Origin: Bacilli bacterium
GTDB lineage: Bacteria; Bacillota_I; Bacilli_A; RFN20; UBA1709
DNA length: 64,000 bases
NCBI GenBank assembly: GCA_050949315.1
Contig: JBMNFL010000001.1
Coordinates: forward strand, 480,001 to 544,000
Direction of reading: 5' to 3'
Below, piece after piece: positions 17,901 through 27,733 of this stretch; position 1 is the stretch's first letter; each line of letters begins with the position of its first letter. The position numbers and the translations under genes are program-made. Under the pieces are notes generated by a model. It was not told the DNA's origin. It searched no databases and saw nothing but the letters and a program-made list of their open reading frames with translations.

Positions 17901-20900
17901 CCCAAGCCTTATAACTGTCATTATCTTTAACACTGGCTGGTACGGTTATACTATCGCCATCTAAGTCAATGATGACATCAGAGAAGGTGGCATGGAAAAT
18001 CGCTGACCTTAAAGTCACTTCAAGTTTAGTTGAAGTATCGGCGCTATCAGGATAGGCCACATCATTCATACTATTGACTAGCTCAACATAATCTAAATCA
18101 TTCAAGTTTTCAAAATCAATATCAACTACCCCAATCGCCTCTAAAAGATTGACAAGTTCGGGCTTTTGAATCGCTTTGATATCGCCTTCCATTACACTTG
18201 TCTCTTCAGGGAGCAACAACTTACTATCTTCTTTAGTTGCCATATCACTTAATTTCTTGGAAATCGTGCAGTGATAAATCTTGGAAGTTAAAACCGTATC
18301 CGATACTTTTTGAGCAGGATTTATGGGATCCGCGCCATTTAAAGTATTAATCAGCGTTGTAAGATTCAGATTTTCTAATTCATTGAAATTCAAGTTGAGG
18401 CGCTTAGTTGCCACCACTAAAGCTCTTAACTCCTCTTTAGTGATGATGTCTTTGTCAGCCTCTAAAGTCTTGACGGTATTAGGTACCGTTACAACGGCAT
18501 CTTCTTTATCTACAAAGTCTAAGAGATATTTAGAAAGGGTGCAGTGGATGATTTTAGAATTCAAAACATCATCAACGACTAACCTAGTCGTATCATCCGC
18601 ACTTGGTTCATTTAATTTATCATTAATATCATCAAGTTTTAAATTTTCAAGATTATCAGTTAAATCTAAATCGTGAATCGCCTTCATCGTATTTTCAATT
18701 TCAAGTTTAGTGATAACCTTAATTGCTGGTCCTGTTTCATCGGCGTTTTCCTTCATATTGATAACCGAATTAGGTATCTGTAAAACCGAATCTTCATCCT
18801 CACCATACTTAACTAACAACTTTGATAAGGAGCAGTAGAAAATTCTAGAATTCAAGGCCCGATCAAGATTGGTTACCAGCGGCTGCCAATTATCTTTTTC
18901 AGCCGCAGCTAAGTCATTAAATTCTTCTACGGTTATATTATGTCCTTCAGTATAGGTTCCATAGGGAACTACACACTCATAGGCATAGGCCTTATAGACC
19001 TCTTTGAAATAAGCTTTGCTTATCTCATCTAAGGCTTCGTAGGCTTCTTTAGTGATAACTGAGCCAATAACCCCACCGGCTGGATTCACACAGCGGTAAG
19101 AGTCCACTGGATAACGGGCTTGCCAGTAGTCTTTATCATCACTAGGTAAGTCATTATAATCATCAACACTTAAAACCTGACCGAGAGTATACTCGCCATA
19201 AGCTTCCTTACAGACATAATCATCAACTAGATAAGGATTTAATAATTCAGCTAAAACATCAAGCCCAACATTACCCATATCGGAAATATCAATATGCGTT
19301 GATAGGACTTGGAAAGAACGAATTATAGCCCGCATCTCATTATGACCATCGTCACATTTTAACATCTTATATTCATCGGCTGTTCCTTTATCAATATAGT
19401 CAACCGCCTCTTTAGGAACGACGATAAAATCCTCATAACCGCTTTCGTTAGAAAGCTTTAATATCTGTTTAGTAATTGAAGCATTGAGAACAGTTGATGA
19501 GGCCAGTGAATCAATGGTGGCATCACTAACCTTACTTAAAAGATTAACATATTCGGCTGGTTTACTTGGGAAGGCTTTATAACTTACGATATCCATCTCC
19601 GTAATCGCCTGTTTCAAACCATCAACGGCTTGATAAAGTTCACCTTGATAGGCTTCTCTTTGCCAATTATCAGCGGTGATTTTACCAGCTGTAACTGCTG
19701 CTTTATAAGCCGCATTGCTGATGATGTCGCCAACTTCACCAGAGCCATAATTATCTTTATAGACTTGATCTTGTTTTTCACAGACATAGCGATAACTGAG
19801 CCAATCTTCGGCATCCTTATTGGCTAAATTCTTAGGAATAACAATTACATCTTCTAAGTGTGATAAAAAGCCTTTACCCGCCTTGGCATTCAGCAGTAAC
19901 TGCACCGTCGCCTTAGCAAGTAAGGTCGAATTTAAAATTGTTTTAGTTCTTAAATTATTTAAAACTTTGAAATTGATTTGGCCATCGGTGGTCATTAGAT
20001 CCATCGGTGACTCACTACCCTCATTTTTCGCTTCACTAATTAAGCGAATCAGGGTATCAAACTCTTTGGACCAGCCACTTTCTCTAACGGCCTCAAAATC
20101 AAAGAGACTGCGTACATCTTCATCCTTAATGGATTTTAAAACCACTTTAGACATTATTTCTGGGAAAAGACGATCGACAAGTTTCACACCAAATAAAGCT
20201 TTAGTAAACTCTCTAAGCCCTGGTAAACTAATCTTATCGAAAATCTCTAAGCCCTTTACTTCATCGAAACTTTTAATACCGACATCTAAGAAAGCATTGA
20301 CAATATTGCCGAGTTGATTGATCTCTTCACTCCAAACTAGATCATCAATCTCCAGTTCAAGCTCACCGATGTTTTCTTTAACCGGTTCTAATTCTAAGGC
20401 AAATTTAACCACCCCATCTAAGGTGTAACTTAAGAAAGTTAATTCACTTAAACCCTTAAAGAAATTGGTTACACCTTCTTTTTGGAAATTTTCAAATTTC
20501 AGACCAGTTATATCCTTCCAGTCAGCGATACTTTCTAAATCCAAGACCGTTTGGGCTAAGGTTTGGAAATCTTTTTTCCATTCAATCTTTTTCAAACCTT
20601 CAAGGTCAAAATCCTCGGGTAAAACTTCTTTTACCTTCTCGTGATTGAAGAAACTATCCGTGAGAACTGGTAAGACCGACATTAGATATTCAGAATTAGA
20701 CAAACCCTCAATCACTTCACTTAAGGAAACGAAGGTTTCATGATCTACTTCGACATTACTACCATCAACCTTACCGAAGAGTTTCATGGCACTGGCTGCA
20801 ACATCGGTCAAGGCGCCAATTTCCTTACGCAAACTGATGGAATACTTACCATAACTACCCTTCCAGATATTATCATTGACCATGGAATTGATAGAAAAAC

Positions 20901-21720
20901 CTTTACTATCGCCCCCGGCCACCACATAAAAGGGACTCTTCTTATAACTACTGACAAAATTCTTTATTTCTGTCCAAGTCTGTCCATCCACATTGATGGG
21001 AATACCCTGTGAGGTCGTGGTAACTAGCTCATCGGCTAGGTTTTCACTCGTGCTAGGCTCCTCATTGGTAAAGAACTCATCAAGATTAGGCACAACCGAA
21101 AGTGGTCCAGTTAAAAGCACGGTTACTAGTAAAAAGTAACAGATTAAACCTTTAGCTGCCCCAACACCCATACCAAGCAAGCGTCTTTTGCCCCTCTTTT
21201 TGATATGGACATCTCCTTTAACTTCCTCTTCACCATCGCCATCAGATACCGTTACAAGATCTTCTTTTTTACGGCGTTTGGGTTTGATAAACAACCAAAT
21301 AATCCAGGTGACGATAAGATAAAACCAACGAACAACGGTCATCATAAAAACAAAATAGATAACCATACACGCCAAGGATACAATCGCTAAGACGGCATCG
21401 CGCAATTCTGTCGTGGCTGCGCTGCCTAGATTACTCTCTAGCAAACTTCCAACGATATCCCTGATGGTTCCACCTGTCGCCCCCTCTGGCAAAGTGATAT
21501 TAAATTGATCGAGATACTGACTGATGTCCGTATTGATGAGCGTGTTGGTGAAAACACCACCAAAGAGCAAGAGCAAGACAATGAAAACCGCAAAGGTAAT
21601 CAAACGATATATCGACTTTCTAAAACCATTGATTAGTCCAAACAGGGCGAAAATGACCATAAAGGCCGCTAAACCCATATATAGATAGGACATAATCTGA
21701 CTACTCATTCCAACTGGCAT
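14998..21720 (-). CDS. Giant (2240 aa) membrane-anchored repeat protein with CvpA-like N-terminal TM module
   Basis: FGLINGFRKS and RLLGMGVGAAKG resemble CvpA; many S.I.H.T.SK...IP...I.K.EL..L repeats; RBS gaggagg. Confidence 0.85.
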   Translation of the reverse strand: MPVGMSSQIMSYLYMGLAAFMVIFALFGLINGFRKSIYRLITFAVFIVLLLLFGGVFTNTLINTDISQYLDQFNITLPEGATGGTIRDIVGSLLESNLGSAATTELRDAVLAIVSLACMVIYFVFMMTVVRWFYLIVTWIIWLFIKPKRRKKEDLVTVSDGDGEEEVKGDVHIKKRGKRRLLGMGVGAAKGLICYFLLVTVLLTGPLSVVPNLDEFFTNEEPSTSENLADELVTTTSQGIPINVDGQTWTEIKNFVSSYKKSPFYVVAGGDSKGFSINSMVNDNIWKGSYGKYSISLRKEIGALTDVAASAMKLFGKVDGSNVEVDHETFVSLSEVIEGLSNSEYLMSVLPVLTDSFFNHEKVKEVLPEDFDLEGLKKIEWKKDFQTLAQTVLDLESIADWKDITGLKFENFQKEGVTNFFKGLSELTFLSYTLDGVVKFALELEPVKENIGELELEIDDLVWSEEINQLGNIVNAFLDVGIKSFDEVKGLEIFDKISLPGLREFTKALFGVKLVDRLFPEIMSKVVLKSIKDEDVRSLFDFEAVRESGWSKEFDTLIRLISEAKNEGSESPMDLMTTDGQINFKVLNNLRTKTILNSTLLAKATVQLLLNAKAGKGFLSHLEDVIVIPKNLANKDAEDWLSYRYVCEKQDQVYKDNYGSGEVGDIISNAAYKAAVTAGKITADNWQREAYQGELYQAVDGLKQAITEMDIVSYKAFPSKPAEYVNLLSKVSDATIDSLASSTVLNASITKQILKLSNESGYEDFIVVPKEAVDYIDKGTADEYKMLKCDDGHNEMRAIIRSFQVLSTHIDISDMGNVGLDVLAELLNPYLVDDYVCKEAYGEYTLGQVLSVDDYNDLPSDDKDYWQARYPVDSYRCVNPAGGVIGSVITKEAYEALDEISKAYFKEVYKAYAYECVVPYGTYTEGHNITVEEFNDLAAAEKDNWQPLVTNLDRALNSRIFYCSLSKLLVKYGEDEDSVLQIPNSVINMKENADETGPAIKVITKLEIENTMKAIHDLDLTDNLENLKLDDINDKLNEPSADDTTRLVVDDVLNSKIIHCTLSKYLLDFVDKEDAVVTVPNTVKTLEADKDIITKEELRALVVATKRLNLNFNELENLNLTTLINTLNGADPINPAQKVSDTVLTSKIYHCTISKKLSDMATKEDSKLLLPEETSVMEGDIKAIQKPELVNLLEAIGVVDIDFENLNDLDYVELVNSMNDVAYPDSADTSTKLEVTLRSAIFHATFSDVIIDLDGDSITVPASVKDNDSYKAWGTVNVLVTLEKDELKALVKALADLDLSDDLKDLKLAEINDRLNEPSADDPTKLVVDDILTSKIMHCTLSKYLLDFTNKDEPIVTVPNTVKALEADKNVITKVELRALVVATKRLDLDFDELENLNLTTLVATLNAEDPIDPTKKVSDTVLDSAVYHCTISKKLSDMAKKEGSKLLLPEETSVMEGDIKAILKLELVNLFEAIGVVDIDFENLNDLDYIGLINSMNDVAYPETADTSTKLEVTLKSMIFHATLSDVIIDLDGKSITIPPSVKDSTIYTAWETLNVLDALEKGELKALVKALKVLGVVEEQEEGPSKVNTSINLITDLLDATEVQEDGTVAPNAPRRIDYIVGSVPKSITGSEIIRATISKFVIDESNLTAAEKSLVIVNDNRVLEKDGEVRLLKKEEFVNMVTSINSLGLVTEEGLSKNIGVSLINKMCIIPANKVPGDEGYDVRDYVFDKRPVDYITGYETNTGSWVLKATFSKYIIQQEQIVTPSVEVELFAATSETNDVPIIKKDELKSLIIGLGPDGIGAVGDDNKVRDVNDLMANTFDNKDEVSASRILTATITSKLTDTLKMERDAYDNEQQTKCDADGKVLAGPAIDIKVITGDEMKKFLVALELLGVSDFKTAKLSLSTLFNSLDEEYPGATGEENKKIDYLLKSRIVWHTMSEEIKGFKNEDGTALLVAPTYANRIVYFLDGEKSAYDSDIYDAYLVEPIVRFGTKELKAIIGAFRVIMGDTGDEFKVTDEAMKAIYKDDKRESVATAISESVLMTMNVKQLVTKAVESVFGANPYFSADTIKANIDNINNREWKSYVETEVLATYNKVDKAGRAQTYAYNDGANDYYDCQLVNLLNAINQFENFTANVGATEADTGRTLRTSLRALNNSNVTNGSLPKFFKTYWEPLFVNPAVALKYTDFDTCYNDVFERVYAETDLYTMAYIDAASLRHVNLNRYFTGLGGEFASLD
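17005..18675 (-). repeat. Intragenic tandem duplication, period 837 bp (279 aa)
   Basis: acttggttcatttaat at 17764 and 18601; LNEPSADD..HCTLSKYLLDF..VMEGDIKAI..SADTSTKLEVTL-like block occurs twice; boundaries approximate. Confidence 0.88.
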
Positions 21721-21721
21721 C

Positions 21722-22858
21722 TCAACTTACCTCCTCGCGAATTTTTCGCTGATAACAACGACGACGACGAACAATTTCATATTCAAAATCATCCCAAAGA
21801 CTCATAACGGGAAGATTATCAACTAATTGGGGTCCCGTTTCCGCCCACTTGATTCCATCGCGAATCATCTTGCTAGCCACTTCTTCTAAAATCAAAGAAG
21901 GAATTCCTAAACCTTGTAATTCTGGCAAGACGGCGATCCAATACATATCTAAACACTCCTTGGGACGTTTAAAAGCCTTGACAATAGAAACCCAACCAAA
22001 GGGAAATAGATGGCCTTTAGCTTTCCTAGCCGCCTCATAAAGTGAACCAGCCAGCAAGGCAAAAGCGACAATACGCTCCTTAGTGTCGCGAACGATAATT
22101 ACATAATCGCGATTAATAAGACCAATATAATCATCAACATACATCTTAATCTGCTCTTTAGTTAAAGGAACAACACCATGTAATTTAGCAAAAGCCGCAT
22201 TGTAAACTTCAAAGGCCTCATAGACCACATTATTAAATTCTTTGTTACTATCAAAACGAACAATGTGATAGCCAAGTTCTCGCATCCGCTTAGCAATTTT
22301 GGCATGCCGCGGGTGAACAGTCGTAGGGGTTTTAACTAAAAACTCCTGCCACTCAACATCGGTCTCAAAGCCTAGTTTCGCCATATGCTCGGGATAGTAA
22401 GAGTAGTTGTAATTGGTAATATACATCCCTGGTTTATCAAAACCTTCAACAAGCATGCCCTGGCGATCAAAATCGGTAAAGCCAATGGGACCATTAAACT
22501 CTTCCATACCTTTGGCAAGACCCCACTCACCAAGTGTTTCTAATAAGGCTTTCGAAACTTCTAGATCATCAATAAAGTCAAAAGTAGTAAAACGCAGCTG
22601 CTTTCTATCAACCTTTTCATTGTAACGATGGTTGAGAATCCCGCCAATACGCCCAACAACTTTTCCATCTTTATAAGCTAAAAAACACACGGAGTCACAG
22701 TAACTATGACTTTTATTTTGTTCTTTATCGTAAAACTTTTTCTCACCGTTATGTAGGGGTGGAACATATTGCCAAGTGTCTTTATACAAAGCATCGTAAA
22801 ATCTAACAAACTGACGCATTTGTTTAGCCGTGTTAACTTGGACGATGTCAATGCTCAT
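21722..22858 (-). CDS. GNAT-family N-acetyltransferase (two-domain)
   Basis: VVGRIGG, GPIGFTDFDRQGMLVEGF, YNYSYY, AVLPELQGLG. Confidence 0.85.
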   Translation of the reverse strand: MSIDIVQVNTAKQMRQFVRFYDALYKDTWQYVPPLHNGEKKFYDKEQNKSHSYCDSVCFLAYKDGKVVGRIGGILNHRYNEKVDRKQLRFTTFDFIDDLEVSKALLETLGEWGLAKGMEEFNGPIGFTDFDRQGMLVEGFDKPGMYITNYNYSYYPEHMAKLGFETDVEWQEFLVKTPTTVHPRHAKIAKRMRELGYHIVRFDSNKEFNNVVYEAFEVYNAAFAKLHGVVPLTKEQIKMYVDDYIGLINRDYVIIVRDTKERIVAFALLAGSLYEAARKAKGHLFPFGWVSIVKAFKRPKECLDMYWIAVLPELQGLGIPSLILEEVASKMIRDGIKWAETGPQLVDNLPVMSLWDDFEYEIVRRRRCYQRKIREEVS

Positions 22859-23027
22859 GTTTACCACCTAACTTTTTTTTGATTATACCATGTAATTCTC
22901 GCAAAATATACTACTTTGTAATTTTTTTATCGTTCGATAAAAAATCTTACAAAAGGCAAAAAAACGAAAAAGGTAGCAAAAGCAAGGCCTTTACCCTTAT
23001 AATACTAGTAAGAAAGGTGGGATTAAT

Positions 23028-23759
23028 TTGTCAGAAGTTGCTAAGTTAAAAGATGTGATCAAAACAGCTAAAAAAATTGTTTTCTTTGGTGGTGCGGGAG
23101 TTTCAACCTCTTCAGGCATCCCCGATTTTCGTGGCGAAAAAGGACTCTATGCTATAAGATCCGAATATGGTGTTAGCTATGAGACCATGCTTTCTCATAG
23201 TTATTATGTTGACTATCCTGAGACGTTCTTTGATTTTTATAAGAAGAAAATGCTCTTCCCCAATGCCTTGCCAAATAAAGCCCACACTTGCTTAGTTAAG
23301 TTAGAAGAAATGGGCAAAGATGTCAGTGTTGTCACCCAAAATATTGATGGACTTCATCAACTAGCTGGTAGTAAAAAAGTCATTGAACTCCATGGCTCAG
23401 TTTTACGAAATTATTGTGAAAAGTGCCATACATTTTTCGATTTAGACCATATTATAAATTCTAAGGCTGTCCCCCTTTGCAGTAAATGCGGGGGCCGGGT
23501 TAAACCCGATGTGGTTCTTTATGAAGAACCCTTAGATTCTCAGAGTATTCAAGAGGCTGTTGAAGCCATCGCTAAAGCTGATTTAATCATCGTAGGTGGG
23601 ACCTCTTTAAATGTTTACCCAGCGGCCGGTCTTATTCGCTACCGTAAACAAGGCTCCTGTCTTACCATCATCAATTATGAAAGAACCAATTACGATAGTT
23701 ATGCTGATATTGTCATTCACGACGATATAGGTAAAACCTTAGAAGCGGCTATTGAATAA
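23028..23759 (+). CDS. cobB: NAD-dependent protein deacylase (Sir2 family)
   Basis: GGAGVSTSSGIPDFRG, TQNIDGLH, HGS, CxxC..CxxC, KPDVVLY, GGTSL. Confidence 0.95.
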   Translation: MSEVAKLKDVIKTAKKIVFFGGAGVSTSSGIPDFRGEKGLYAIRSEYGVSYETMLSHSYYVDYPETFFDFYKKKMLFPNALPNKAHTCLVKLEEMGKDVSVVTQNIDGLHQLAGSKKVIELHGSVLRNYCEKCHTFFDLDHIINSKAVPLCSKCGGRVKPDVVLYEEPLDSQSIQEAVEAIAKADLIIVGGTSLNVYPAAGLIRYRKQGSCLTIINYERTNYDSYADIVIHDDIGKTLEAAIE

Positions 23760-23788
23760 AAACACAGGTAAGAACCCTGTGTTTTTTT
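23758..23788. terminator. Bidirectional intrinsic terminator
   Basis: AAAAACACAGG/CCTGTGTTTTT between convergent genes. Confidence 0.85.
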
Positions 23789-23791
23789 ATC

Positions 23792-26431
23792 TTAATTTTC
23801 TTTTTTCAAGCGGAGAAAGAATTTAACAATCTCCACTACGACTATCATCATAAAGGCTAGACCAAGGGCTATAAGCTCATGAATAAAATCTAAATTAATC
23901 AAATTAAATAAGTCGGCTAAAAAAGGCACGTAGACAACTAACATCATAATGCCAACCCCCGCAAAGAAGGCTAGCCACAAGGCTTTATTATCAAATAAGC
24001 GCTTAGAAAAAATGCTGCCTGTTCTAGATTTTACATTAAAACAATGGAATAATTGGGCGCTTGATAAGGTGATAAAAGCCATCGTTTGCCCAGCAGCTAA
24101 GGAGGCTTCTGTCGAACCAACACTTAAGTTACAGCCGATAGCAAAGGAAATTAAAGTCAAAATACCAACAAGACTTCCTTGCCAAAGTAAAGTCTGACCA
24201 AAGCCCTTACTAAAGATACCTTCACTCTTAAGTCGGGGTTTTTGTTGCATGATTGTTTCTTCAACTGGCTCCATACCCAAGGCAAAAGCCGGTAAAGTAT
24301 CGGTAATCAAATTGACAAAAAGCAGATGAACCGGTAAAAGAGGAACACCCCAAATTGCCGTATCACCCAAGGCAAAAGCCCCAATGATAGAGGCGATAAA
24401 GATAGTTAAAACCTCACCAATATTACTCGATAAGAGGAAATGAATAACCTTTTTAATATTGGCATAGATACCTCTTCCCTCTTTAACCGCTAGAATAATT
24501 GTCGCAAAATTATCATCGACTAAAATCATAGAAGAAGCGCCCTTAGCCACTTCTGTACCAACCTTACCCATCGCACAGCCAATGTCGGCTTTCTTAAGTG
24601 CGGGCGAGTCGTTAACCCCATCGCCCGTCATCGCCACAATCTCCCCTTGTTTTTGCCAAGCCTCAACAATTTGTACCTTGTGTTCAGGAGCAACCCTAGC
24701 ATAGACACTATACTTGCGGATATTATTAGCAAATTCTTCTGGATCCATGTCAACTAAGTCACTGCCAGAAATGGCCTCTTGTCCTTCTTCAAGGATACCT
24801 AAATCCTTAGCAATCGCACAGGCCGTTGAGATATAATCACCCGTAATCATAATGGGGCGAATTCCTGCTTTTTTTGCGAGCATTATCGCTTCTTTAACCT
24901 CTTCTCTAGGTGGGTCAATCATGCCCACTAAACCTAATAAAGTAAAATCGTTTTCCACCTCTTCTATCGTCGGCTTTTTTATAGCACTATCTAGTTTTTT
25001 ATAGGCCACGGCTAAAACCCGCAAGGCCTTTTTAGACATTTGATCATTGGCGGACTCAATTTTAGCTAAATTTTCCATGTTACAGCAGCGCTTGAAAACC
25101 ACATCAGGAGCCCCTTTAGTAATTGAATAGATTTGTCCATTATACTCCCCAATAACTGTCATCATCTTTCTTTCCGAATCAAAAGGAAATTCATATAGAC
25201 GTTTAAAGGTGGCCTTAGAACCAAAACCATAGTCATCATGGGCTACTAAAATCGCCGTTTCTGTCGGATCACCAACATAGATTTCCTCACCATTTTCATC
25301 TAAGGTTTTAGTCCCATCACTAGCAAAGGCAAAGAAGGCTAAAATCTTTTTATACTCATCGTTAAGTTCAGGGGAAATTTTAACCGAATTATGGCTGATA
25401 TAGGAATAAAGTTCCATAACAGTCATCTTGTTTTGGGTAAGGGTACCCGTTTTATCACTACAGACAATAGAGGTACAACCTAGGGTTTCAACCGCTGGCA
25501 ACTTACGAATAATCGCTTTGTTTTTCACCATCTTTTGGACCCCAATTGCTAAGACCAAGGTCACGATAGCTGCTAGTCCTTCCGGAACGGCAGCCACCGC
25601 CAAAGCAACAGCCGTTTTAAAAGCATCTAAAACAGTAAGGCCAGTGGCCCACTCCATTATAAAAACCACCGCACAGATGGCAATAGAAACAATACCTAAA
25701 GTCTTTCCAACCTTGGCCAATTGATTTTGAAGCGGGGTGTTTTCAACTTTTTGCTTGATAAGTAAGCCGGCAATCTTCCCAACTTCAGTTTCCATACCAC
25801 TGCCAGTAACGATTAACTTTCCTCTTCCATAAGTCACAACTGTAGAAGAGTAAACCATATTTTTACGGTCCCCTAAAGGCAAGTTCTCCGCCTTTAAAAC
25901 CGTGTTTGTTTTTTCAACAGGAACCGATTCTCCTGTTAAAGCACTCTCATCAACTTTTAAATTATGACATTCAATTATCCTAGCATCCGCGGGAACTAAA
26001 TCTCCTGCCTCAACCCAGACAATATCGCCAGGTACCACTAAATTGGCAGCGATGACAACTAAGTCCCCATCGCGCACAACCTTCGCTACAGGAGCACTCA
26101 TCTTCTCTAAGGCCTCCAAAGATTTTTCAGCCTTCGTCTCTTGAACTAATCCTAAGACGGCATTTAAAATCACCACGATTAAAATAATTAAAGAATCGGT
26201 CCATTCATTGATATCCACAATTAAAGAAATGGCGGCGGCCGCTAAAAGAATGAGAATTAAAACATCGGCGAATTGTTGAAAAAAACGAACAATTAAAGGG
26301 GTTTTCTTCTTTTTTGTCAATTCATTAGGTCCGTACTTAACTAAGGCTTCCTTAGCCTTTGTCGTACTTAAACCCTTATCTACATCACTTTGGAAAAGAC
26401 TGACAACTTCTTTAATGCTTTTACTATACAT
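23792..26431 (-). CDS. P2A-type cation-transporting ATPase (Ca2+/Mn2+ exporter, YoaB-like)
   Basis: TGES, AAVPEGL, phosphorylation motif DKTGTLT, KGAP, TGDGVND, NLITD. Confidence 0.93.
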   Translation of the reverse strand: MYSKSIKEVVSLFQSDVDKGLSTTKAKEALVKYGPNELTKKKKTPLIVRFFQQFADVLILILLAAAAISLIVDINEWTDSLIILIVVILNAVLGLVQETKAEKSLEALEKMSAPVAKVVRDGDLVVIAANLVVPGDIVWVEAGDLVPADARIIECHNLKVDESALTGESVPVEKTNTVLKAENLPLGDRKNMVYSSTVVTYGRGKLIVTGSGMETEVGKIAGLLIKQKVENTPLQNQLAKVGKTLGIVSIAICAVVFIMEWATGLTVLDAFKTAVALAVAAVPEGLAAIVTLVLAIGVQKMVKNKAIIRKLPAVETLGCTSIVCSDKTGTLTQNKMTVMELYSYISHNSVKISPELNDEYKKILAFFAFASDGTKTLDENGEEIYVGDPTETAILVAHDDYGFGSKATFKRLYEFPFDSERKMMTVIGEYNGQIYSITKGAPDVVFKRCCNMENLAKIESANDQMSKKALRVLAVAYKKLDSAIKKPTIEEVENDFTLLGLVGMIDPPREEVKEAIMLAKKAGIRPIMITGDYISTACAIAKDLGILEEGQEAISGSDLVDMDPEEFANNIRKYSVYARVAPEHKVQIVEAWQKQGEIVAMTGDGVNDSPALKKADIGCAMGKVGTEVAKGASSMILVDDNFATIILAVKEGRGIYANIKKVIHFLLSSNIGEVLTIFIASIIGAFALGDTAIWGVPLLPVHLLFVNLITDTLPAFALGMEPVEETIMQQKPRLKSEGIFSKGFGQTLLWQGSLVGILTLISFAIGCNLSVGSTEASLAAGQTMAFITLSSAQLFHCFNVKSRTGSIFSKRLFDNKALWLAFFAGVGIMMLVVYVPFLADLFNLINLDFIHELIALGLAFMMIVVVEIVKFFLRLKKEN

Positions 26432-26444
26432 ATGCTCCTCCTAT

Positions 26445-26557
26445 AAAAAAACAAGACCGTCAAAAGAGACGAAGGTCTTGCCGATCAATCATATTGACTA
26501 TAGTATCCGGGAGTTTATCCGTGCTGACGAATACCATATAGTAGCTACTCTCCTTCA
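26445..26557 (-). ncRNA. yybP-ykoY (Mn2+-sensing) riboswitch with overlapping terminator
   Basis: Minus strand GAAGGAGAGTAGC...CGTCAGCACGG...CCGG...GGCAAGACCTTC, then hairpin CAAGACC..GGTCTTG and T-run; directly upstream of the P-type ATPase. Confidence 0.9.
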
Positions 26558-26579
26558 AACACCATTATAATAACATAAA

Positions 26580-27671
26580 TTATTCTAATTTAAAACAAGA
26601 ATTCTTAATCCAACCAAGGATACCCTCTTTTTTGGCTAAAGAGTAACGTGAGCCATAATAAACTAGACCTAGTTTTTCTCCCTCATAAGCTTTTAAGTGA
26701 TTGGTAGTCGCATCAGAACAGTAGGTTTTGCCATTTTCTTGATAAAGATTGCGAGCCAAAACTTTAAATTCATGGCCACTGGTCAAATGGCGTACATTAC
26801 TAAATTCACCTAGATGTTCCAAAACCTCAACCTGAGAATCTCGCCAACTGACACTTATAGGTGAATAAGAATCCTTACTTAAATAAGCCTCCGTTACAAT
26901 GATTTGGGGTAAATTGTCAACATAAGCGGAACTAAAACGCCCATTTTCAATAATTAAGGCATTTAATTGACCACTGCTTTTTAAAACATTCCCGCCGTCA
27001 ATGGAGATTATGCGTTGTTTTTCATTGATGCGGGGATTAAAGGAAATAATTTCTTTGGCATAATTAGAAACTGGCCAATGTCCTACGATTACATATTTAT
27101 CAAAATAAAAACCCCGACCCTCAAAATTATCGCATTTCATCAATTGATAGGGATCATCACAAAAACCCTCTTTATTAGGATTGATGCCCCCATGAACAAA
27201 GAGATAATCTTCACTTTCAATGATGTGCGGTAAATTGGTTAAAAATTCCCATTCCTTGGGAAAATGTTCCTTTAGAATATCGGCAATTTTGTAACAATCG
27301 CTATCAAAGTTTACCTGAAGATTGATCTTGCGACACAATTCCTTAACCAAAGAATTTCTATCATCCAAAAGATACTCAATATAAAGGTCAGGCCTTATGG
27401 TTCTACTCATCATATACCAAACATCATCAGAATTACCCAAAACTACATGAACATTTTTCTTCTTACTTAAATCCATGAAGTAATGCAGGGTTTCTAAAGA
27501 ACTGCCACTACCTCTTTCTAAGAAATCGCCCACTATAAAAAGATAGTCATCCTCGCTGTAATTGATTTTGGCCAGTAATCTTTTAAACAAGGCTAACTCC
27601 GTATGAATATCTGAAACACAGATGATTCTCCTATCAGGTAGAAAATCTATTTTTTGAATACGCGCTTGCAT
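26580..27671 (-). CDS. Calcineurin-like metallophosphoesterase with C-terminal SH3-like extension
   Basis: SDIH, GDFLERG, GNSD, VHGG, VGHWP, SIDGG; ATG 27671 after RBS ggagg. Confidence 0.88.
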   Translation of the reverse strand: MQARIQKIDFLPDRRIICVSDIHTELALFKRLLAKINYSEDDYLFIVGDFLERGSGSSLETLHYFMDLSKKKNVHVVLGNSDDVWYMMSRTIRPDLYIEYLLDDRNSLVKELCRKINLQVNFDSDCYKIADILKEHFPKEWEFLTNLPHIIESEDYLFVHGGINPNKEGFCDDPYQLMKCDNFEGRGFYFDKYVIVGHWPVSNYAKEIISFNPRINEKQRIISIDGGNVLKSSGQLNALIIENGRFSSAYVDNLPQIIVTEAYLSKDSYSPISVSWRDSQVEVLEHLGEFSNVRHLTSGHEFKVLARNLYQENGKTYCSDATTNHLKAYEGEKLGLVYYGSRYSLAKKEGILGWIKNSCFKLE

Positions 27672-27685
27672 CTTTCCTCCCATAA

Positions 27686-27715
27686 TAAAAGCCACACCGG
27701 AAGATGTGGCTTTTA
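27686..27715 (-). terminator. Terminator of the str operon
   Basis: TAAAAGCCACA/TGTGGCTTTTA hairpin just after tuf. Confidence 0.85.
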
Positions 27716-27733
27716 ACCTCAGTCCTTTTTATT

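Noticed and set aside
23028-23759. Sir2 protein as anti-phage NADase
   Set aside because: Canonical short CobB-type deacylase with Zn-binding cysteines and no defence partner genes.
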